DNA of 63,913 nucleotides, the filler included, from Collodictyon triciliatum (taxonomy: Eukaryota), in assembly GCA_043381765.1 (NCBI GenBank). It is 10 parts of 10 records of this genome, joined end to end, with 100 filler letters (N's around TTAATTAATTAA, not from the genome) between each part and the next. Parts side by side here need not be neighbours in the genome. Positions count along the whole stretch, not along the records: positions 13,886 to 20,701 come from JBHJMP010004207.1; positions 20,802 to 27,643 come from JBHJMP010004208.1; positions 27,744 to 34,579 come from JBHJMP010004209.1; 7 more parts are not named here. The stretch is one strand, 5' to 3'. Below the pieces are notes generated by a model. The model made no database searches, was not told where the DNA came from, and was given only the letters and a program-made list of their open reading frames with translations. Numbering within the stretch: position 1 is the first letter of the stretch; each line of letters begins with the position of its first letter. Made by a program: the position numbers and the translations under genes. Of the stretch, positions 16,043 to 28,556 are shown in pieces.

Positions 16043-17041
16043 CGAGCAGACTGAGCTGTGTTTTTGTGTCAACTCTTGAAATGCTCCATTACGTTTTTAC
16101 GTTATTTCCATAGTCTACTTTTACGTATAAACCACTTTTCATCGCTGTACTTGTCCAGAGACTCACCATGTTGCACGATCGCCTCCGGCCAGGTGCGGTT
16201 GTCTGTCGTCTTACGCTGTTGGTGCTATTTTTATTTTACTTGTTTTGTTTTGTTTTGTTTTGTTTTGTTTTGTTTTGTTTTGTTTTGTTTTGTTTTGTTT
16301 TGTTTTGTTTTGTTTTGTTTTGTTTTGTTTTAGAATGTGTGGTGGCGGTTTCGCAGAATATTGCAGAGATATCACGATCGCAGTTTTTCGGGTACAATTG
16401 CAGCACAAGCTGAAAGGCACAGCAATTAGAAAAAAAATAATTAATCTCATGCAGATGTTATTTCTATTGCCGTAAATTGAAGCATACAGTCACTCCGTGC
16501 GTAAGTTATCTGATTAACATATAATTTTTATATATTCCACAAAAAATAAATTTCTTCCAATCTTGTGTTTATGTATTATTTGCACGCACCCACATTGTGA
16601 TTTTTAAGTTGTCAATACACCATTTCAGTAAGTTGGCCTTAGCCAAACAACACCAAAATTTTGACTTTGTCATTTCGAAAAACAGAACGATCAACAAAGA
16701 GACAAGCATCTCATCACCAAAGTCTGTCAAACCGCCCAGCCCACCCGTATAAATAACTTGGGCGTGACCAATCCATCGCAATAGCTACAAATCTATCAAA
16801 AAAATAAAAGAATTAACAAACAAACAAATAAATAAAAAGCCTATCTATAATTATAAGGCGACAAGGCGTCACCGATCACTGGCAAAGCGTTGACACTATT
16901 ACCACACGAACAAACAAACAAACAAACAAACAAACAAACAAACAAACAAACAAACAAACAAACAAACAAACAAACAAACAAACAAACAAACAAACAAACA
17001 AACAAACGTTCCAATAGACAGACACATACGGAGAGTCAAAC

Positions 17042-20000
17042 ATGTCGGACATCGCACCCATTTGCGAGCTGGCAAACATCGGCGAGTGGCGCATGCGACG
17101 CAAGACAGAGCTCATTCTCACTGGGAAAAAGATATCGGAGATCCCAGATGCCCTCGGCAATGTCACCAACCTGCAAGTCATCAAGTTTGCAGAAAACGAG
17201 GTTTTTTTTCAAAACACACAAGTATTTTTTTATGGCCACAACTACATCTTGATCATTTGAGTTTTACGTACAAAGTAGTTTTAGGTTCCAGCCTCGATGT
17301 GAAGTGATCGAGTATAGAACACGGCAAATGCATTTAACCCCATTTATTTTACTGCATTGAGACTTCTATCTTTACTTTTAGCTTAGTCAAATTCCTGCGA
17401 CGATAGGCAGTCTGACAAACCTTTCCGTCCTTGTATTTCAAGGAAACAAGGTGTGTATTTGGTCCCATCCTATTCATCATCATTTGCATTCTATGAACGT
17501 TTTTTTTTTTCAATCGCAAAGCAGGGGTAAAGCTTTGTGATTTCTTCGTCATATATTCTCCAAAACTACGGGTTGCTATGTGCTAAAAGAACGATTCTTT
17601 ATGAATGTCTATTATACTATTAAAATGAATTTATTTTCTTTGATTTACCGATCAGCTCATCGACTTGCCCGAGACCATTAGCCTTCTCACACGGCTTATT
17701 CATGTGGACTTGTCAAAAAACCAAGTATGTTGACATAGCGTACCTCAGCATTATATATCCAAACGGTTTAGCGGTCAAGCTGCTGCTTACAAAACCCAAC
17801 AATGAATACATATAATTGTGTTGTGAATGTTTTTTTTGAATAAATAGTTCTCTGTCATCCCCTTCTGTCTGCTATCGCTCGGTGGAATTCAAGTGGTTAG
17901 ATTATCGGCAAACAAAGTAATTATATTTCCCTACAGTATTAATTTCACTTTATCATAAAAATATTTTGATATTTAACATAATCGAAATGAGTTTTTTTTT
18001 ATTCATGTAGAGGAATATTTTGTGTCATTCATCCTATTCTATCCACGAACAAAAAAAAAAAAAGATTTCTGAGATTCCACGGACCTTGGATCGTTGGAGT
18101 AAATTAGTTTCATTGACTCTCGACCAGAATGAGGTTAAATTATGTCGATTAATTTTCTTAAATTGATTTGGTATTTCTTTCTTTTCGTTCTTTCTTTATA
18201 ACTAAAACCACTTTTTCCTGGTAGACAATATAAGATAACTAAACCCTTTTGATGATTTTTTTCTGAAATCAGATTAATGATATACCTGATGAGCTGTTCT
18301 ACAACACCACTATTGAGGAACTCAGTCTAGCTCAAAATAAGGTAGCTATAATGCGCGTAATTTCATTTTTCTCTATCCTAGTGTTGCTGAGTTCACAAAT
18401 GGAAAATAGATCTTCTATACAACAAAGCAACTGCAAAGACTTCACAAGTTACAAAAGCTTAATCTTAGCTTTAACCAAGTAATTTCCTCTCTGACGTACT
18501 ATATATTTGAAATATCAACTTTTTCAACAAAAATTATTTATGGTCATTCATTTTAAAAAAAAAAACCACGATAGCTCGTTGCATTTCCTGATGCCATCCA
18601 ACACCTATCAAATATCACGGAACTCAATTTGTCGAATAATCAGGTAAAAAAAAAGCGGACAAACGCATGCTAATTAGCCTGTCATCCTCGATAATTCGCC
18701 TCTAAATATACACGCACAATTTCCTCTAAAATTAGATTATCGATATTCCCTTCTTTATGAGCAATCACGTCAGTCTCAGGAATGTCAATCTATCAAAAAA
18801 TGAGGTAATCACCACACGATTCATACTTTTCATGCACAGTTCTCTCAAGAGTGTAAATCTAAAAAAGAAGGAGTCACACCATCCCAGTTTTAATTACCTC
18901 CTCCTTTCTATAACTCACAATTTAAGGTAGAAGGAAACAAAAAGACAAACAAAAATCAATCAACAAAACATTATATAATAAATTACCATTAGATATCGTT
19001 CGTCCCAGAGTTCTTGGGATTTGCCACCAAATTGGTTGTTCTAGAACTTTCCGAAAACAAGACCAATAGCATCCCAGACTCTATGCTTAGCCTAACGTGC
19101 TACAAAAAGAATCGAGCCTTGAGGCGTATGACTGTTCGTGGGGCAACTATAGATGATATCATCATTTACGGACGAGAAGATCGATGGGAGGATGTTCGAC
19201 GTTTAAGTCTTGTAGCTAACATCGGAGAGGGCTCAGCCGGTCTTCGCAAGCTACTCAGCATTGTTCATTTGGAGGAGCGACTGAAAGTCTGTAAAGGAAT
19301 CAGCGACACGTTCATGCTGGAGACGGGAGAGAGCCAACGTTTGATAAGCGAGGCGCAACTGATGCTCCGAGCAGCCAGTCAGGAGGTTGAAAAGAGCGGG
19401 CCGATTCTGACCGACCTTCGTCGCCAGCTTAAGGAAAACGAAGTTGCCACAGATACTGCAGTTGCCCGCAAACGCCAAACAGAAATCGCCACACGCACTG
19501 CACAAACAGACCGAGCGCGTTTTGCAGGTTTAACTCAAAGCGCACAGACCTTAGTGTCCTCTGTGCAATCACGAGACCTGAGAATCCAGGGTCGTCTTGC
19601 TGGACGCAACGTGGGTGCAGAAGTCTTTACACCAGACGCCGTGACCGAAACTCTCCAAGCTATCTGCCTGCCTGAACCTATTCCATCCGCAACTCTGCTA
19701 ACACACCGCATAGATGGGCCTGCTTGTGTGCGTCTCGACGACCCGCTTGTATTGGAGCTGCTCATGACACCTGTTGGACTTGCAGGACAGTCTCAATCAC
19801 AACAACAGCCGCAATCGCAATCAGCGCAAACCAAGGCATCAACCCTGCCTTTCGGGTCCTGCATTCGCCTTGCTTATCTAGCGCAATGTTTCCGCGAACC
19901 AGAGACGCTCAACAGGCTCATTCCTCTCACCCGACTGGGCATGGCGACAATCCAAGCAGGGTCTCTTCAACCGTCTTCTTCTGCACAGTCTACGCCTGCA

Positions 20001-20258
20001 TCGTGGAATCTCCAGGCGGTTGTTGATTGGCTTGTTATCTGCGACCTGACGCATTGGGTGCCCTTCTTTGTAGCCAACCGCCTGTCTGGCCCTCTTCTCC
20101 CCTTCTTCCACAGCCTCCTGACGAATGAAGAGCGCCCTTTCTCGTGGGACCAATGCCCGCTTCCCTCCATCACCGAAGACGACAAAGCTCGTCTGCTTCA
20201 GTCACTTGCAGCCCTAGACTTGTCTGCTGCGTCTGCCTCTGCATCATCGTATGCTTAG
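17042..20258 (+). CDS. Leucine-rich-repeat protein (about 10 LRRs) with coiled coil and two degenerate SAM-like domains; 10 exons
   Basis: Exon 1 is 17042-17200. Eight 69-nt phase-0 exons each encode one 'I..IP..L..L..L..L.LS.N.' unit. The last exon (18993-20258) has a heptad-rich segment and SAM-like 'FTPDAVTETLQAI...HRIDGPACVRL' and 'SWNLQAVVDWL..CDLTHWVPFFVANRLSGPLL'. Confidence 0.85.
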
Positions 20259-20617
20259 GCATTCTCAGACACGGAGGAGACCTGCGGCACAGACCACCCA
20301 AACCCTGCTCGTGCTCCCTCCCGTACTCTCCCCTTTGTTTATGTCTTTGTTGCTGTCATTTTCTTTGTCTTTTTCAGCTTCTTTTTGTGGACAGGCGAGG
20401 CACATAATAAAGCAGGGCAGAACATTCCAATAATGCAATATGTTTGTGTGCGTATGGAGTCCCTGCCGAGTAACTTGCTCCTGCCCGCATGCAGCGTGCA
20501 GTTTTCCCCCTTTTTTTCCCTTTTTTTGCTTTTTTTGTTTTTTGTTTTTTTTGTTTTTTTCCCGTTTTTTTCTTTTCCTTTCTTTTTTTTTGTTTGTACG
20601 TTTTTTTGCTTTTTTTG

Positions 20618-20701
<84 letters not shown>

Positions 20702-20970
20702 NNNNNNNNNNNNNNNNNNNNNNNNNNNNNNNNNNNNNNNNNNNNTTAATTAATTAANNNNNNNNNNNNNNNNNNNNNNNNNNNNNNNNNNNNNNNNNNN
20801 NCTTCTTTTTCTTCTTCTTTTTCTTCTTCTTTTTCTTCTTTTTCTTCTTCTTTTTCTTCTTCTTTTTCTTCTTTTTCTTCTTCTTTTTCTTCTTTTTCTT
20901 CTCTGCCCCATAACCAGTATGTATGATTCCTTTCTTCTGAATTGTTGAAGATGTATTAATGTTCTCTCAG

Positions 20971-23900
20971 ACAATCCCAGGTGTTTCTCCAGTTAACCCA
21001 TGGATCAGTATGATGCCGCTTATCTTTGTGTTGGGTGTTTCAGCGATCAAAGAGGCACGCGAGGATTATGTAAGTTCAATGGGTGGTTTTTTTCGCATCA
21101 AATTTAATCGAGAATATATCCATCGTTCTAGCAAGCACGACTTTTTATATCCTTCTCTTATTTTCATATATTCTTCATTTTATGTGATATTTCATTTTTT
21201 ATGAATATGTTGATAATTCAACTCAATTATATCTTTTCACTTTGGAACTTAGATGAGCAATATTTATTCTAAAATAGTATTTTAATTGTCATTTATTTTC
21301 ATAACCGGGTTCCTCCTTTTTTATCATAAATGTTACATCAATTATGTTGATTAATAGGTTCTCCAGTCACCCATAATATATAAACTTATTTATGACTATA
21401 TGCATATATTTTTAGTTTCTTGCAGTGTACGCCATTTTACATTACATTTGTTTATCATTTTCTTTTATTGCAGTTCCGACATCAACAGGACGATGAAGTG
21501 AACAACCGACTTGTTTACGTATTCGACCACGAAACAAAGTCCTTCAAAAACTCCATATGGCAAGATTTGAGGGTGGGCGATATTGTGAAAATCCATGATA
21601 GAGAGTACTTTCCTGCCGATCTCCTATTGGTCAAATCAAGCTCTGATGAGAGTATTTGCTATATAGAGACTGCTAATTTGGACGGGTATTGCTATATTTA
21701 TTTATATTTATTTTTAAGACGAAAAATAATTGATGTTTTTATGAGCATTTTTTTTCATCATAATTTCTCTTTTTTTTTTTTCAATCATCCCATCAACTCT
21801 TCCTTTATTAGAGAGACAAATCTGAAAGTCCGTCAAGCTCACTCTGAAATCCACAAAACCATCCACACGCTCTACGATTTGGTTCTGTTAAAAGATGGTC
21901 TTCTGAAGTGCGAACACCCCAACAACCATTTGTATAAGTTTGAAGGAAATATCAAGTTCGGCAGCCTTGATACTTTATCTGTCGACAACAACCAAATACT
22001 ATTGAGGGTAAAAAGAAAAAAAGAAAAAGAAAAAGCATAAACACTCATTAGATTTACCGAGCTAAAAAAAAGCCATAGTAATAAATGCAAATGGCCTATC
22101 TGCTTCTATGTATACAGACATATCAAAAAAAAAAATTTGAAAGCCTCACACCTTATCTCAACAGGGCTGTCAACTGCGAAATACTGAGTGGGTTTCGGGT
22201 GTTGTTATTTTTGCAGGACACGATACGAAGCTGATGAAAAACTCTGCGTAAACTTAATCCAAGCATTTTTTTTTTTTTTTTTTGCTTAGCTCTATGTCGT
22301 AATTCTTATTTATTTGGTTATTACATTATGATATTTTAATATCAAATAATACACTCTCTCAAGCTGTCCATTTTAATTAAAAAAAAAACGCTAAATCTTT
22401 TCTTAATTTTTTCTGATTTCAAACAGAGATTCGAAAGTGAAAACAAGCTCGATTGAATTAAATCTAAATGGCTACATTTTTTCTGTCTTTGGTATTCTAA
22501 TCGTACTTTCCGTCATAAGCGGAATCCTTGGTGGTTTATTTGTGGTAAGAATGAACCTATCTCTAAAACTGATACCATGAAAAATAAACAATTTATCTAA
22601 TTCTGATCAATATCATTCTTATTTTTTATTCCTTTATTCGGTTATAAATCGCTCCCTTTTTTTTCCATTTTCATCTTGTTCATCATCTATCTCTTTGAGC
22701 ATAAATAAGCAAAATTGAACATAATTAGAACGACATGAAAACGGACGCTTGGTATCTCGATTTTTCTGGAGAAAGTGCCACTGTCTTTGGAGGGATGGGA
22801 ATTCTCACATATATGATATTGTACAATACGCTGATTCCAATTTCTCTTTATGTCTCTATTGAAATGGTTAAAGTGGTTCAAGCCATTCTTATCAACATGG
22901 ATTTGGAGATGTATCATGCAGAGTCAGATACACCTGCTAAAGCTCGTACTTCGAACCTGAGCGATGAGCTTGGAGAAGTATAATTTTCTTTTTTATTTAT
23001 TATTTTATTCAGATGAAATATTTCTCAGTTATCTTTTTGTTTTTCCTCTTTTCTTCACTCATTTGTTCTCTGTAATACTTTCATATACATTACCAAATTC
23101 AATTTACTCATTTGAATATATTCTTGACAAAACATGTAATTCTCTTTCTTATTCCAACTACAATAGATTGAGTACATATTTTCTGATAAAACGGGTACAC
23201 TTACTCGAAATATAATGGAGTTTAAGAAATGCAGCATTGGAGGAATCATCTATGGCTCTTTGGATAATCCACCTTTAGCAGAATCATCAGTATGTACCGC
23301 TTTCCTACAGACAATACTAAACATTTAACCCAACGGACATACTCATATATGCAGACAATAAAGTACAAACCTATCTGTGCATTATTGACATACATTTGCT
23401 TATTGATATACATCTGATTAGAACTATACTTTCTTCGACCAACGTATATGGAATGATATGAAGGAAAAAGGAGAACAGTCAAATAAAATATATAATTTCA
23501 TGCTTCTTATGGGGCTTTGCCACTCCGTGATACCGGAAAATCCAAAGGATGTGTCCGTTACCGACGACGGTGAGGGATTGTCCACATAAATTACAGAACG
23601 AAAAAAAAAAAGGATGAAAATACCCAAGATAAATTTGAAGAAAACATGAATTCTTGTATACCTATCAAAGAAAACTTTAAAATATATGGAATGCGAAATA
23701 ATTTCCACTAAACAACTAACAAGAGTTCTTCAAATTTAGCAATTATTTACCAAGCAGCCTCTCCAGATGAAGGTGCACTTGTGAATGCAGCAAGATATTT
23801 TAAATTTAAGTTCAAGGTAGCGTAATTTTTTCTTTGCCTTGTGACACTTTCGTCTTATTCTTTTAATTCGGTATGTTAAGGGAATGAGACCATTTGTTGA

Positions 23901-26100
23901 AGGGATATTTATTTAAACAAAAGGCGTTTCTTATCCTCGTCATCATTATTTCGCAATACCACACTTTATTTTAAATGGAATGAGTTTCATTTCATCTCCT
24001 AGGGTCGCACACCGACTACAGTAACAATAAACATTCATGGAAAAGATGAAGAATGGGCTCTTTTAAATACAATTGAATTTGACAGCAACCGGAAGAGAAT
24101 GTCTGTAATAGTTAAATCGCCAGAAGGTTGTTTTTTTAGTTCTATATATATCTTTTTCTGAACAGTAAATAACCACATTTACTAAGCTGTATATACATAT
24201 ATGCGCGTATTTCTATGTCTATGTCTATGTCTATGTCTATGTCTATGTCTATGTCTATGTCTATGTCTATGTCTATGTCTATGTCTATGTCTATGTCTAT
24301 GTCTATGTCTATGTCTGTGAGTGTAGCATGGCTCGAGAAGTCACTACTTCATGATTTTTGACTCATATTTATTGAAATTCTCATTTTTTAATGGACGTTA
24401 GGGAAAGTTGTTTTGTTTTGCAAGGGAGCTGACTCGATAATGTTTCCGCGATTTCTACCTGGACAAGAGGCTGAAATTGCACTAATGAAAAAACATTTAG
24501 ACGTAATAATTATTCATTTTCAGATATTCGTGATTCTTTCGTAAAATTACTAATACTAAAATTTAATACCGCATGCGTGCATTGAAACATAAAAAACCAC
24601 AGGATTTTGGGGCTGATGGACTGAGGACGTTGTGTTTGGGCATGAAAGAAATCCCACCCGAAGAATACCAGTCGTGGAACAAAACATACACAGAAGCTTC
24701 AATATCGTTGGTTAACCGTGAACAAATGGTAGATTTTTTCCATGACTAATTCACACCATTGAAAAAATTGCCTATAATAATGCACGATGTATTATTTTAT
24801 TTTTATTTTTTTTTTACATTTTTTACAGTTTATGGTCATCATCCAAGGAATAAGCTTTATGGGTTTTGGAAAAAAAGTATATATATATATTTAGTTTATC
24901 ATCGACATTTTCCGTGATATACATAGATGGAAGATGCGGCAGATTTTATTGAGCGGGGATTGACCATTGTCGGTGCATCTGCGATTGAAGATAAACTCCA
25001 GGAAGGCGTCCCAGAATGCATTCAAACTCTTCGTGACGTGAGTATTTCATTATAAAAGATTATGTAATTCTTAGACTTGCAAAGTCCTTTTTTTTATCCA
25101 TGCATCTTGCATTAAAACTGTTATGAATCGCAATCATGTATCCCCCTTCCCCCTTCGGGTTTCTGGTTTCTTGCTTGAATTTGAATATTATCGATTTTAG
25201 GCTGGGCTACGAATTTGGGTTTTAACTGGTGACAAGCAAGAAACTGCGATAAATATCGGCTTCTCTTGTCGATTGATTGACAGGGAAATGTCTCTAGTAA
25301 TAGTTAATGCCCGCAACGCAGATGAAACGCGAAGCCTCCTCCAAGAAAGATACCAATTCGAAACACAAGACCAGGTATCTGACAAGAAAAAAAGACCTTT
25401 GTTCAGTCAAAAGTTTTATTTGTTTCACTTAAGCATGTATATTTCTGTTCCATCATGATTCACTTTTTATTGGTTTCTTTATTTGATTTTCCGCTAGCTT
25501 AATACACCTACTTCAAACAAGAAAAAGGCGGATATTGGCCTTGTCATCGATGGAGCCACGTTGAACTTTAGTCTTAATGAATGCAAAGAAGACTTTTTAC
25601 GCTTGGCAAAAATTAGCAAATCTGTTATATGTTGTCGTGTCTCTCCCCTTCAAAAGGTTTCTCTTCGGAGCAAATCCTATGAGATTTACAAGTTTTCTTT
25701 TCATCGCACTCAAACTACAATTACAATATTCTCGGTAAAGATGTTTCCATTTCAAATTAGGCACGAGTTGTTAAGTTAATGAAAGATTCTGTGGGAGCGA
25801 TGAGCCTTTCGATCGGTGATGGAGCAAATGATGTCAGTATGATAAAGGAGGCCCACATAGGTTACACCCTTTTCACACATTTCAATTTCATAAGACAATT
25901 AACCAAACTGCGATTACTCGATTACTTTGCTTTGTATTCATTTTATGAAGCTAACTCTTTCTTCATTCTTTTCCATTTTTATTTGTTTTCAATTCCTGTA
26001 TGCACACAATCAAAATCAAACTCAGGTATTGGAATAAGTGGGCAAGAAGGAATGCAAGCAGTCATGTCTAGCGACTATGCGATTGCACAATTCAGATATC

Positions 26101-26199
<99 letters not shown>

Positions 26200-27458
26200 A
26201 AAGACGCATAAGGAAACTAGCATCTATTTATACAATTATTGAATAGATTACCATGTGAGATAAAAAAAACATGTTTTGAATCATTTACCCCGATAGAAGA
26301 GAGGCTTTTATTACATCACCCTTAACACACCTTCACATATCTCCTTCCACTTTTGCTAATCCACGGACGGTGGTCGTACATCCGTGTCAGCCAAATCATT
26401 CGATACAGCTTCTACAAAAATATGATATTCACACTATCTTCGCTGTGGTTCTCCATTTATACGGGATTTTCAGGACAGGTTGCACTCGGATAAACAATCG
26501 AATGATGTTTTTTTTTTATCTCTACGGTAATTTACAAAAATATGGGACGAAAAAAAAAATGGGACGAAAACTCAAGAAAATTAATTTTAATTTATTTATT
26601 TACAACTTTTTTTTTGTTTAATTGAGTACTCACTCTGTTTTTCTTATTTCATGGCGACAAAAAAGACTAAAATGGAACCACTAATATATTACTCAATAAT
26701 CATGATTTGTGGTACAGACTTTATTGGACAGTTTCTACATCGCAGTCTTCAACGTGTTTTTCACATCATTACCGATAATGGGTATTGCTGTATTCGACCG
26801 CGATATTTCAAAGAGAGACACATACGCGAATCCTCAGATTTTCTCATATAGACAAAAAACGGATAGGGTATGTGGACATATGCTAATAAGCTGAATGTTA
26901 ATTTGTTGAAAATTGTATGATTATTTTTTCCTTGATAGCAAAAATGTTTTGCTCTTGTATGAAAAAGATAACAATAGAATCAACATTAAGACGTATCGTG
27001 AAATACCTTCCTTTCTCCTCTGAATTATCAGTTCAACGCAAAGAGTTTCTGTATCTGGATTTTAGATGGAGTTGTACACTCTTTGGTAATATAAACAACT
27101 ATGGATTAAATGAATTTTTTATTACAAATTCTGTTAGTTATTCATTGAGGATATTATTTCGACAAATTATTTTAAAGAGTTTTTCTCGGATATTTCCTTC
27201 TCTTGTTTGTTTGGCAAGTTTAAAAAAGCTTTCTCCTCTGCATGGACTTTTGCACCATCTAGATTGAGCATGTTAATACTGTTTCTCAATTCATACGCTC
27301 ATGCAGATATGCTTTTATTTCCCATACTTTGTGTTTGCGGATACCACATCAAACCTCTCTGATGGAAGCAGTGGGGCTGACAGTCTGTGGGCCTTGGGAA
27401 CAACATCGTACACATGTATCGTCCTCATGGCAAACCTCAAGATTGCATTCATGACATG
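20971..27458 (+). CDS. P4-type ATPase (phospholipid flippase, ATP8A/DRS2-like); multi-exon, both ends truncated by scaffold ends
   Basis: Motifs seen: '[14 protein letters not shown]', '[13 protein letters not shown]', '[10 protein letters not shown]', '[12 protein letters not shown]', '[10 protein letters not shown]', '[10 protein letters not shown]', '[15 protein letters not shown]', 'CCRVSPLQK', '[11 protein letters not shown]', '[21 protein letters not shown]...HGRWSY'. Confidence 0.96.
24213..24316 (+). repeat. Intronic (TATGTC)n microsatellite in the P4-ATPase
   Basis: Seen directly in the sequence. Confidence 0.95.
26096..26336 (+). other. U12-type (minor spliceosome) AT-AC intron in the P4-ATPase
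   Basis: Boundaries are CAATTCAG|ATATCC...CCCTTAACACACCTTCAC|ATATCTC. Removal restores the conserved '[20 protein letters not shown]'. Sliding the junction yields no GT-AG alternative. A U12 branch motif CCTTAAC ends 10 nt before the 3' end. Confidence 0.85.
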
Positions 27459-27825
27459 GTTTGTTCTTATCCATGGGCGCTCTCTCTCTCTCTTTCTATT
27501 TCTATTTCTATTTCTATTTCTATTTCTATTTCTATTTCTATTTCTATTTCTATTTCTATTTCTATTTCTATTTCTATTTCTATTTCTATTTCTATTTCTA
27601 TTTCTATTTCTATTTCTATTTCTATTTCTATTTCTATTTCTATNNNNNNNNNNNNNNNNNNNNNNNNNNNNNNNNNNNNNNNNNNNNTTAATTAATTAAN
27701 NNNNNNNNNNNNNNNNNNNNNNNNNNNNNNNNNNNNNNNNNNNAGTAGCGTCCATGCAAACGATGGCTAGCGAACCAAAGCCAACACCCCCCCCCCCCCC
27801 CCCCCCCCCCCCAAAGATAAAAAAA

Positions 27826-27867
<42 letters not shown>

Positions 27868-28556
27868 AATACAGGCAGTTAACAGCAGAAAGGAAATCGT
27901 ATATTTTGTGAGAGACCTGATTCCAGCATTCAGCATTCATATTTCCCAGTACGCCCTAAAATATATATATAACTTCGTTTCAAAACCCATCATCAAATTT
28001 ATACAGGCACATAGAGCCAAAAAAAATTAAAAAAATAAAAAGTTGAGTGGTGAGTATGTCTTATCTGGCCTTTCTTTTCTATTCGGAAAATCACGATGAA
28101 TCTTGATATATTTTTTTAACAAGTATTATTGGATATATTTTAAAATGAATATCAATATTTCGAACTTGGTGCTGCAGCTAGGATTACTCTAGTCTCGTCA
28201 TTTCACAAAAAAATAAAAAAAAAATGATACTCACTTTGATAATTTCTTTTACAACTCGACCACCACGATGTTTCAATTCAAAATAGAGACACTCGGGCTT
28301 GCACGATTCAGAAGAAATAAAAGCTGATGGTGCATTGCGATAAAACGCGTATGGTTTAGGCCAGATTATATAACGAATCTCACTCAGCATGATTTCGGAA
28401 ATGTAAATCAAGCACAATAGAATCTCTAAAGAGGATATCATTCCTTTATCGTAAATATTTGTGTTGATTGAAATTGATATTTACAAACATTGCTCTGCTT
28501 GACTTCTAAAAAATTTTGATTTTTTTTTTCTCCAAGTGCATTTTGAAACACAACAT

